Below, piece by piece: positions 56,249 to 64,000 of a stretch of DNA of 64,000 bases. The position numbers were made by a program, and so were the translations under genes. The stretch is from Alphaproteobacteria bacterium (GTDB lineage: Bacteria > Pseudomonadota > Alphaproteobacteria > UBA828). The stretch lies in NCBI GenBank assembly GCA_965214705.1, contig CBDCCI010000002.1:1504001-1568000 (forward strand), read 5' to 3'. The stretch's first letter is position 1, and each line of letters opens with the position of its first letter. The notes below the pieces were generated by a model. The model was not told the origin of the DNA. It searched no databases and worked only from the letters and a program-made list of their open reading frames with translations.

Positions 56249-57781
56249 CTACTCCGCCGCTCGCTCGCTGAGGCGCGATTGCAGCGCGGCGCAGAGCGTT
56301 CGCAGGACTTCCAAGCGGGCGTGCCTCTTGTTGTTGCCGGGGACCAGAGTCCACGGCGCCTCTCGGGTGCTGGTGCCGGCGATCATGTCGTTGGCGGCGT
56401 CCTCGTAGGCCTCCCACTTGGCGCGGTTGCGCCAGTCTTCCTCGGTCAGCTTCCAGCTCTTGTAGGGGTTCTCCTTACGCGCCAGGAAGCGCCGCTCCTG
56501 CTCGTCCTTGTCGATGTGGAGCCAGAACTTCATGAGCAACGTGCCATGGCCGATGATCTGCTCTTCGAAGTCGCGAATCTCGGCGTAGGCGCGCCGCCAT
56601 TCCGCCTCGGTCGCGAAAGACTCGACGCGCTCCACCAGCAGCCGCCCGTACCAGCTGCGGTCGAACACCGCGATCTGCCCGGCCTCGGGCAGGCGCCGCC
56701 AGAAGCGCCAGAGGTAGTGATGAGCGCGCTCCTCGTCGCTCGGCGCGCTCACCTGATGCACACGGTAGCTGCGGGCATCCAGCGCCGAGACCATGCGCCG
56801 GATGGCGCCGCCCTTGCCGCCGGCGTCCCAGCCTTCGAACACGAGGACGACCGAGAGCCCATGCAGCAGATTCTGCGCGGCGAGCCAGTAGAGATCGGCT
56901 CGCATGCGAGCCATCGACTTTTCGTAGGCCTTGCGGCCCACGGTCTTCGTCTGATCGATCGTGGCCAGCGGCTTGACCTCCCGCACCGCCGCACCGACCA
57001 CCGCCGGGCTCACGACTGGCGCACGGGCGCGAAAGCCGGCATCCGGCGGCGGCAGGCCGGCCAGGCGCGCTTCGAGCGCCCGGTTCACCATGCCCAGCAC
57101 CCTGAGCGAGCGGTGCCGCGCGTGACGGCCATCGACCACGAGCCACGGCGCCTCGGCGGTGCTGGTGCGGGTGATGATGTGCTCGGCGGCCTCGTTGAAG
57201 TGGTCGTAGCGGTGCCAATTGCGCCAGTCCCACTGAGAAATCCGCCAGTGATCGCGCGGGTGCTTCTGCAGGGCTTCCAGGCGCTGCTGCTGCGCCTTCT
57301 TGTCGAGGTGCATCCAGAACTTGAGGATCAGCGCCCCATCGTCGGCGAGCGTCCGCTCGAACGCGGCGATGCGTGCGAGCTTCCGATCGAGGGCGCTCGG
57401 CCCGATGCGCCCGTAGGCACGGTCCAGCAAAGGTGCCGAGTACCAGGAGCTGAGGAAGAGTCCGAGCCTGCCGCGCGCCGGCAGGTCGCGCCAGTAGCGC
57501 CAGAATTCCGGCCGCTGGCCTTCCTCTTCAGTGAGCCGGTCGTATGCATGAGTGACGATCCGGCGCGGGTCGAGCCACTCGGTGAGAAGGTTGACCGTCT
57601 CCCCCTTGCCTCCGCCGTCCACGCCTGCGAACAGCACGACGACGGGAAAGTCCGCCTTCGCCAGCGCGCGCTGGGACTCCACCAGCGAAACCCTGAGTGC
57701 CGTCGCCTGTTCTTCGAACGCGGCCTTGGAAAGCTCCCGTACCCGCTCGCGTTCAACCTCTTCGAATACCCGAGCGCTCAT
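56249..57781 (-). CDS. pap: Two-domain polyphosphate kinase 2 (polyphosphate:AMP phosphotransferase)
   Basis: GVDGGGKG and EGWDAGGKGG P-loops, FDRSWYGR, KFWLHI, WKLTEEDW. Confidence 0.9.
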   Translation of the reverse strand: MSARVFEEVERERVRELSKAAFEEQATALRVSLVESQRALAKADFPVVVLFAGVDGGGKGETVNLLTEWLDPRRIVTHAYDRLTEEEGQRPEFWRYWRDLPARGRLGLFLSSWYSAPLLDRAYGRIGPSALDRKLARIAAFERTLADDGALILKFWMHLDKKAQQQRLEALQKHPRDHWRISQWDWRNWHRYDHFNEAAEHIITRTSTAEAPWLVVDGRHARHRSLRVLGMVNRALEARLAGLPPPDAGFRARAPVVSPAVVGAAVREVKPLATIDQTKTVGRKAYEKSMARMRADLYWLAAQNLLHGLSVVLVFEGWDAGGKGGAIRRMVSALDARSYRVHQVSAPSDEERAHHYLWRFWRRLPEAGQIAVFDRSWYGRLLVERVESFATEAEWRRAYAEIRDFEEQIIGHGTLLMKFWLHIDKDEQERRFLARKENPYKSWKLTEEDWRNRAKWEAYEDAANDMIAGTSTREAPWTLVPGNNKRHARLEVLRTLCAALQSRLSERAAE

Positions 57782-57938
57782 CTCCCTCCCCGTCGAGGGC
57801 CATCCCCGCTCGATTACGGGGACGCTCCCTCTTGCGCCGCAGCCGGCCTCTCCGGGCTCGTCCTGCACGCTCGGGTTATAACGGTATTACGCCCGCAAGA
57901 CGATTTCGACATGGATTTGGCGGGGCCGGCCGCGCGGG

Positions 57939-58781
57939 TCAGCCGTGGATATCCTCCGTTTGCGCGCAGAGGGCGCCGTAGAGGTCCGGCCGGCGGTCGC
58001 GGAAGAAGGGCTTCTTTTGACGCACCTCGAAGACGCGGCGGCGGTCGAGCGTTGCCGTGATGATCTCGTCGCCCTCGTTGCCGGCGCAGGCCAGCACCTG
58101 ACCCTCGGGATCGACCACCATGCTTTCGCCGCCGAACCGCCAGCCGCTCTCCGGCCCGACCTTGTTGCAGGGCGCGAAGTAGACAGCGTTCTCCCAGGCC
58201 CGGGTGATCATCATCTCGCGCCAGGGACCGACGCGCGGAGCCGCGAACGGCACCACGATCAGCTCGGCGCCGTTGACCGCCGAGCAGCGTGCGTGCTCCG
58301 GAAAGAACGTGTCGTAGCAGATGATGATGCCGATTTTCCACTCGCCGACTTTGAAGACCGAGAAGCGAGAGCCGAAGCGGAAATACATGCGCTCGAGGCT
58401 GAGGTAGAGCCCCGGCATCACCTTGCGATACTTGCCGACGATGTCACCTGTGGGGTCGATGACGAAGGCCGTGTCGTAATAGAGGCCGGCTGATTCCTCT
58501 TCATAGAGCGTCGCGATCAGGTGGATCTTGTGCTCGGCCGCCTTGGCCCGCATTGCGGTGATGCTCGGGCCCGTCGCGGGCTCGGCCCGTTTCAAGTGTT
58601 CGTGGTCGCGTTCGTTGAAGACGTAGGGGTGATTGAAGAACTCCGGGATCACCACCAGGTCGGGCCGCTCGGTCTCCACCGCGCGGTCGATATGGGCGGC
58701 AGCCCGCGCGATGTTCGCATCGCGATCCGGCCCGCTGTTCATCTGCACCAGGCTGAGCGTGATCTGATCGCCGAGGCTCAT
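57939..58781 (-). CDS. Carbon-nitrogen hydrolase (nitrilase superfamily)
   Basis: E-K-C triad: PEFF, YRKV, ICYD; RAWEN; RRPDLY. Confidence 0.9.
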   Translation of the reverse strand: MSLGDQITLSLVQMNSGPDRDANIARAAAHIDRAVETERPDLVVIPEFFNHPYVFNERDHEHLKRAEPATGPSITAMRAKAAEHKIHLIATLYEEESAGLYYDTAFVIDPTGDIVGKYRKVMPGLYLSLERMYFRFGSRFSVFKVGEWKIGIIICYDTFFPEHARCSAVNGAELIVVPFAAPRVGPWREMMITRAWENAVYFAPCNKVGPESGWRFGGESMVVDPEGQVLACAGNEGDEIITATLDRRRVFEVRQKKPFFRDRRPDLYGALCAQTEDIHG

Positions 58782-58897
58782 GGGCCACTTCTCCCGCCGG
58801 CGTATTTCATTGAAGGCTAGCAGTTAGGCCCGGCGCGGTCAGTGGCTATGATGCACGTGTTCGGGGACGGTCGAGATCACGCGGGGAGGGGCGCAAA

Positions 58898-60682
58898 GTG
58901 AATCGGGCCGCAGCCGGCATCGATCCGGTCACTGCGAATGTGATCTACGGCGCGCTGGAGACCATCGCCGTCGAGATGGGCTTCAAGCTCATGCGCATGT
59001 CGCATTCGAGCCTGATCCGGGAATCCGAGGATTTCGGCGCCGCCGTGCTGGACGCGGCCGGCAACCAGATCGCCGAGACGCCGCAGAGCACGCCGCTCCA
59101 GTCGGGTCCGTTGCCGGGCTACGTGCGGGGCATTCGCGCGGCGCTGGAGAGGCGCGGCGAGGCCATCGAGCCGGGCGATGTCTACATCCACAACGATGCC
59201 TATGGCGGCGCCAGCCACGTGCCCGACGTGGCGTTCTGCGTGCCGGTGTTCCACGAGAGCGTGCTGGTGGGCTTCACCGGCACCGCCGCCCATCACGTCG
59301 ATATCGGTGCCCACACACCGGGCAGCGCCGGAATCGTCGATGCGGTCGACGCCTACGCCGAGGGCATTCAGCTCAAGGGCCTCAAGATCTACGACAAGGG
59401 GGTCAGGAACACGACGCTCTGGGCGGTGCTGGGCGACAATATTCGCGCCTCCCACCTGGTGCTGGGCGACATGGAGGCGCAGATCGCCGCCGCCCGAATC
59501 GGTGCCGAGGCGTTTCTCGCCCTGATCGAGCGCCACGGTCTGGAGACGGTGCAGGCGGCCTGCGCCGCGCTCATGGACTATTCCGAGCGCATGATGCGGC
59601 AAGCCATCGCGGCGCTCCCAAACGGCCGCTACCAGGCGCAAGGCGCCATCGACGGCTTCCTGGACGACGACGACCCGGCGCGCCGCGAGCTCCCCATCGC
59701 GGTCACCCTCACCGTCTCAGGCAGCGACATCACCGTCGACTTCACCGGCACGTCGGCGCAGGTGGACGACCGGCCGATCAACATGCCGCTCCACGGCACG
59801 GTCGACTGCGCTGTCTGGATGACGCTCCGCTCGATCCTGCTGGACTCGGCCGTGCACGGCCGCGTGCCGCTCAACGCCGGGCTGACCCGGCCGATCCGCA
59901 TCGTCGCGCCCAGGGGAACCCTGGTGAACCCCATCTTCCCGGCGCCCACCATTTCGCGCGCCTGCCCCGGGATTCAATGCGCCGACACGATCATGAAGGC
60001 GCTCGCCCAGGCCGTGCCAGGCCAGGTCTCGGCCGGTGTCGGCAACCTCAACGTCGTCGCCTACAGCGGGCTGCGCGGGGAGCGCCACTGGGTCCACATG
60101 GAGATCTACGAGGGCGCCTACGGCGGGCGCGCCGGCAAGGATGGCATGGACGCGGTGGACATCCTCTTCACCAACACGCGGAACAACCCCATCGAGGACG
60201 TCGAGTCCCACTTCCCGCTGCGCATCCACCGCTACGAGCTGCGCGATGAAGGCTGCGCGGCGGGGCGGTGGCGCGGCGGGATCGGGCCGATCCGCGAGAC
60301 CGAATTGCTCGACGATGCGGGCTTCTCGATCGAGGGCGAAGGCCAGCGCTTCCCGCCTTGGGGCCATGACGGCGGTGCCGAAGGCCGAGCAAACAGCATC
60401 AGCCTCATTCGCGCCGACGGTTCGGAGCAGGCGCTGCCCTCCAAGCTCGCGCACATGAAGGCGGCCGCCGGCGATCGCGTGATCGTCACCTCGTGCTGCG
60501 GCGGCGGCTACGGCGATCCGCTGCTGCGACCGGCCGAACAGGTGGCGGCGGACGTCGTCGATGGTCACATCAGCGCCGAGGCCGCGCGTCGCGACTACGG
60601 CGTGGTGCTCACCGAAGCGCTCACGCTCGACGCTGCCGCTACTGCACGCGAACGCACGGCCCGCGCCACGCCGGCACCGTAA
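58898..60682 (+). CDS. Hydantoinase B / oxoprolinase family subunit
   Basis: SLIRESEDF, NDAYGGASHVPD, HHVDIG, EG, NNPIE, GRWRGG, GGGYGDP. Confidence 0.9.
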   Translation: MNRAAAGIDPVTANVIYGALETIAVEMGFKLMRMSHSSLIRESEDFGAAVLDAAGNQIAETPQSTPLQSGPLPGYVRGIRAALERRGEAIEPGDVYIHNDAYGGASHVPDVAFCVPVFHESVLVGFTGTAAHHVDIGAHTPGSAGIVDAVDAYAEGIQLKGLKIYDKGVRNTTLWAVLGDNIRASHLVLGDMEAQIAAARIGAEAFLALIERHGLETVQAACAALMDYSERMMRQAIAALPNGRYQAQGAIDGFLDDDDPARRELPIAVTLTVSGSDITVDFTGTSAQVDDRPINMPLHGTVDCAVWMTLRSILLDSAVHGRVPLNAGLTRPIRIVAPRGTLVNPIFPAPTISRACPGIQCADTIMKALAQAVPGQVSAGVGNLNVVAYSGLRGERHWVHMEIYEGAYGGRAGKDGMDAVDILFTNTRNNPIEDVESHFPLRIHRYELRDEGCAAGRWRGGIGPIRETELLDDAGFSIEGEGQRFPPWGHDGGAEGRANSISLIRADGSEQALPSKLAHMKAAAGDRVIVTSCCGGGYGDPLLRPAEQVAADVVDGHISAEAARRDYGVVLTEALTLDAAATARERTARATPAP

Positions 60683-60742
60683 GACCCGTCGGAGCGCTCT
60701 CGGCACGCCGGAGCACCCGAGCGGCCAATCTGATCGATGCGG

Positions 60743-61189
60743 CTAATCCTCGGCCTGCTCGGCGGTGCTCTTCCTCAACGTGATGACGTTGAGCGCATCC
60801 CGGCGCTGGTAGTCCACGTCGTCCATCATCTGCTGCACGAGAAAGAGGCCGAGCCCGCCGAGAGCACGCTCTTCAAGAGTCGCGTCGACGTTGGGTTCGC
60901 GCTCCAGCGAAGAGTCGAAGGCCCTGCCATCGTCGACGATCACCACGACCAGCGTGTCGCCTTCCTGGCGCAGGGTGAGGTCGATGCGGTGCTCGGCCTC
61001 GTCGTCGTATCCGTAGCTGATGGTGTTGGTCAGGATCTCGTCGATCGAGAGATTGACCGCATAGGCGATCTGCGGCGACAGCCTCCGCGCCTCGCAGAAC
61101 GCGTCGATCTTCTCGGCCGCGGCACCGATTTCCCGCAGGTCGTTGACCAGCGAGAGTTCGAGTGCGCCGTCGCTCACGGATTCGTTCAT
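60743..61189 (-). CDS. RsbW-like anti-sigma factor Ser/Thr kinase (HATPase_c_2)
   Basis: DEILTNTISYG, DDGRAF, GGLGLFLV..MMD. Confidence 0.88.
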   Translation of the reverse strand: MNESVSDGALELSLVNDLREIGAAAEKIDAFCEARRLSPQIAYAVNLSIDEILTNTISYGYDDEAEHRIDLTLRQEGDTLVVVIVDDGRAFDSSLEREPNVDATLEERALGGLGLFLVQQMMDDVDYQRRDALNVITLRKSTAEQAED

Positions 61190-61410
61190 TGGCCAAACGT
61201 GTCGCGGTGCCCGCAGGGCCACGTATCGGCCCTCATAATGTGCACCCTTTTCGCCTATTCGGGGGGACATGCCAACCGCTTTGGACTGGCGTGAACGCCC
61301 CTGCTGCCTGTCTGGCCTCACTTGATCGAACCCGCCCTGCCGGCCACACTGGCAACGGAGGACTGGCCGGGCGGGCGCACGCGCGGTCGCAACAGGGAGG
61401 AACGACCGAG

Positions 61411-62757
61411 ATGTCCAACGACGCCGAAGCTGCGCTGCTCGATCGAGACAACGCGCACCTGCTCCATCCGCTGCACAGCCATGCCGTCCATGCCACCGGC
61501 AAGGTCTGGGTCGGCGGGGAAGGGGCCTTCCTCGTCGATGCGAACGGGGATCGCTACATCGACGGTCTCTCCGGCCTCTGGAACAACACCGCCGGCAACG
61601 GCTGCCGTGAGCTGGTCGAGGCCGGGAGCAAGCAGCTCGCCGAGATGGCCTATGCGTCCGGCTATTCCGGCAGCACCAACCCGCGCGCCATCGAGCTTGC
61701 CGAAAAGCTCGCCCGGATCACCTACCCGAATATCAACCACTTCTTCTTCACGTCGGGCGGCGGCGAGGCGACCGACAGCAACATCAAGATGGCCCGCTAC
61801 TACTGGAAGCTGAAGGGCCAGCCGGAGAAGACCAAGGTCATCTCCCGCATCTGGGGCTATCACGGGGTCACGCTCGCGGCCATGTGCGCGACGGGCATGA
61901 GCATCTACTGGCCGAGTTTCGAGCCGCGCATGCCGGGCTTCGTCCATATCCCGAGCCCCTATCCCTATCGCTACGAGGCGCCGGAGGGCGCGGAGAGCCA
62001 GGGCATCGCCGCAGCCGATGAGCTCGAGAAAGCCATCCTCGCCGAGGGGCCTGAGACGGTGGCGATGTTCATTGCCGAGCCGGTGCAGGGCGGCGGCGGC
62101 GTGATCCCGCCTCAGCCCGACTACTTCCCGCGCATACGCGAGATCTGCACCAAGTACGACGTGCTGATGGTCTCGGACGAGGTGATTACCGGGTTCGGCC
62201 GCACCGGCAAGATGTTCGGCCTGCAGCACTGGGACGTCGAGCCCGACATGATCCAGTACGCCAAGGCCATTACCTCGGGCTACTTCTCACTCGGCGGCAT
62301 CGGGATCAGCGACGAGATCGCCAACACGATGCACGAGAGCGGCAAGCCCTGGATGCACGCCTACACCTACAGCGCACATCCCACCGGATGTGCCATCGGC
62401 TGCGCCATGATGGACCTGATCGAGCGGGAGGATTTCCCCGGTCAGGCCGCGGCGAAGGGCAAGCGCCTGCTGGTTGGCCTCAAGGACGCGCTCGCCGATC
62501 ATCCCAACGTCGGCGATATCCGCGGCCTCGGACTCATGTGCGCCGTGGAGTACGTGAAGGATCGGGCGACCAAGGAGAGCTTCGATCCCGCCGACGGCAT
62601 CGCCGCGAAGATCAACGCCGAGGCGGTGGCGCGCGGGCTCTTCAGCCGCTCCCGGCCGGACGTTTTCATGGTTGCGCCGCCGATCATCATCGACGACGAG
62701 ACCATCGATCAAATGGTAGAGATCACCGCCGAGTCGACGCGGGCGGTCCTTGGCTGA
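61411..62757 (+). CDS. Class III (omega-amino acid) aminotransferase
   Basis: DGLSGLW, SGGGEA, YHG, EPVQG.GG, DEVITGFGRTG, AKAITSGY, YTYSAHP. Confidence 0.92.
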   Translation: MSNDAEAALLDRDNAHLLHPLHSHAVHATGKVWVGGEGAFLVDANGDRYIDGLSGLWNNTAGNGCRELVEAGSKQLAEMAYASGYSGSTNPRAIELAEKLARITYPNINHFFFTSGGGEATDSNIKMARYYWKLKGQPEKTKVISRIWGYHGVTLAAMCATGMSIYWPSFEPRMPGFVHIPSPYPYRYEAPEGAESQGIAAADELEKAILAEGPETVAMFIAEPVQGGGGVIPPQPDYFPRIREICTKYDVLMVSDEVITGFGRTGKMFGLQHWDVEPDMIQYAKAITSGYFSLGGIGISDEIANTMHESGKPWMHAYTYSAHPTGCAIGCAMMDLIEREDFPGQAAAKGKRLLVGLKDALADHPNVGDIRGLGLMCAVEYVKDRATKESFDPADGIAAKINAEAVARGLFSRSRPDVFMVAPPIIIDDETIDQMVEITAESTRAVLG

Positions 62758-64000
62758 GAGCGGCACGCAGGCCGCGCTGGGGGAGGATCGTCCGGCGCCA
62801 CGGCCGCCCATAGACTGGGAGGCGCCCGAATTCCTGGACGCGAGCGCGCTCGATGACGAGCTGCGCCGCGTCGCGGGCGTCTGTCATACCTGCCGCCGCT
62901 GCGAGGATCTCTGCGAGAGTTTTCCGCGACTCTTCGATCTGATCGACAGCGCGGGCAGCGTCGAGGCGGTCAAGAGCGCCGACTTCGAGAGCGTGGGCGC
63001 GGCCTGCACGCTCTGCGACATGTGCTACCCGGTCTGCCCCTACACGCCGCCGCACGTGCACGCGGTCGATTTCCCCGCGCTGATGATCCGCCAGCGGGCG
63101 CATGCCAAGAGCAAGGTGGGCCTCTTCGAGCGCGCATTGGGTTTGACCGACCGCAATGGCCGGCTGTTCGGCGCCATCGCTCCGCTCGCCAACTGGGCGG
63201 CGCGCCGGGGCAACCGGCTGACCCGGTCGCTCATGGAAGCGTTCGCCGGCATTCACCGCGATGCGGTGCTGCCACGCTTCCATGCCCGCAGCTTCAGCCG
63301 GCAGGCCGCCACACGCCCCCCGACCGTCGCCGCGAACGCGCCGGCCGCCGGCCGCAAGGCCGTGCTCTACGCCACCTGCTTCGTCGAGTACAACAATCCG
63401 GGAATCGGCCGAGCAGCCCAGGGCGTGCTGGCGAAGAACGGCGTCGAGACCAAGATCGTCTACGACACATGCTGCGGGATGCCGCAATTGGAGCGCGGCG
63501 ATATCGCGGAGGTTTGCCGCCGCGCCCGGCGAGTCGCCAAGGCGCTCATCCCTTGGATCGACCGAGGCTGGGATGTTATCGCGCCGGTTCCCTCCTGCGC
63601 GCTGATGATGAAAACGACGTGGCCCCAGTGCCTGCCAGACGATCCGGCGGTGGCGCGCCTCGCGGAGCACACGAGCGATATCTCCGAGTACGTCGTGGGC
63701 ATCGCTCGCAGCGAGGGGCTCGCCGACGGGCTGGCACCGCTCGACGGCGATGTCGCCCTCCACCAGGCCTGTCACGCCAGGGCCCAAGATATCGGCGCCA
63801 AGGCCGCGGTCATGCTGCGCATGATCCCGAAGAGCAATGTGCTGATGATGCAGCGTTGCGCCGGACACGGCGGCACCTGGGGCGTCATGAAGCGGAACTT
63901 CGAGATCGGCATGAAGGTCGGCGAGCCGGTCATCCAGCAGGCGGCCGAAAGCGGCCGCGCTTACCTCGCCTCCGAGTGTCCGCTTGCCGGCGACCACATC
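62750..64000 (+). CDS. GlpC/HdrD-like Fe-S oxidoreductase, runs off the window (absent from the ORF track)
   Basis: TTG start overlapping the upstream stop; CHTCRRCEDLC and CTLCDMCYPVCPY clusters; CCG-domain TCCGMP, RCAGHGG. Confidence 0.85.
   Translation, partial: MAESGTQAALGEDRPAPRPPIDWEAPEFLDASALDDELRRVAGVCHTCRRCEDLCESFPRLFDLIDSAGSVEAVKSADFESVGAACTLCDMCYPVCPYTPPHVHAVDFPALMIRQRAHAKSKVGLFERALGLTDRNGRLFGAIAPLANWAARRGNRLTRSLMEAFAGIHRDAVLPRFHARSFSRQAATRPPTVAANAPAAGRKAVLYATCFVEYNNPGIGRAAQGVLAKNGVETKIVYDTCCGMPQLERGDIAEVCRRARRVAKALIPWIDRGWDVIAPVPSCALMMKTTWPQCLPDDPAVARLAEHTSDISEYVVGIARSEGLADGLAPLDGDVALHQACHARAQDIGAKAAVMLRMIPKSNVLMMQRCAGHGGTWGVMKRNFEIGMKVGEPVIQQAAESGRAYLASECPLAGDHI

Noticed and set aside
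62723-63997. 424-aa minus-strand ORF at the window end
   Set aside because: Antisense to the real plus-strand Fe-S protein, which carries clear Cys motifs

Overview
High-GC bacterial chromosomal window, most likely an alphaproteobacterium (Rhodospirillales-like; inferred from gene content, the alphaproteobacterial LysM/Ig protein and the REP-like palindromes). About 55 CDS, mostly housekeeping or catabolic (fhs, icd, korAB, FprA-type reductase, ybbAP/tesA, thpR, split transketolase, degQ, PPK2, aminotransferases). Several are subunits whose usual partners are not in the window. Three mobile elements have ends that can be read from the sequence. (1) An IS110 element whose upstream non-coding region carries guide-like 7-mers matching its own end and its target, i.e. 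a putative bridge RNA. (2) A two-gene tyrosine recombinase + Y2-HUH (IS91-like) element with 14-bp inverted repeats, a 5' hairpin and a perfect 19-bp 3' hairpin, an end architecture resembling eukaryotic Helentrons. (3) An IS1634 with 10-bp IRs and a 6-bp TSD nested at the 3' end of element 2. The best candidates for undescribed systems are element 2, a promoter / structured RNA / terminator / NYN-RNase cassette with type III toxin-antitoxin geometry (26061-26841), and a tmoABCD di-iron monooxygenase cluster with no beta subunit or reductase and a remodelled active site. I saw no rRNA, tRNA or CRISPR array. All calls come from manual motif reading; no database search was run.
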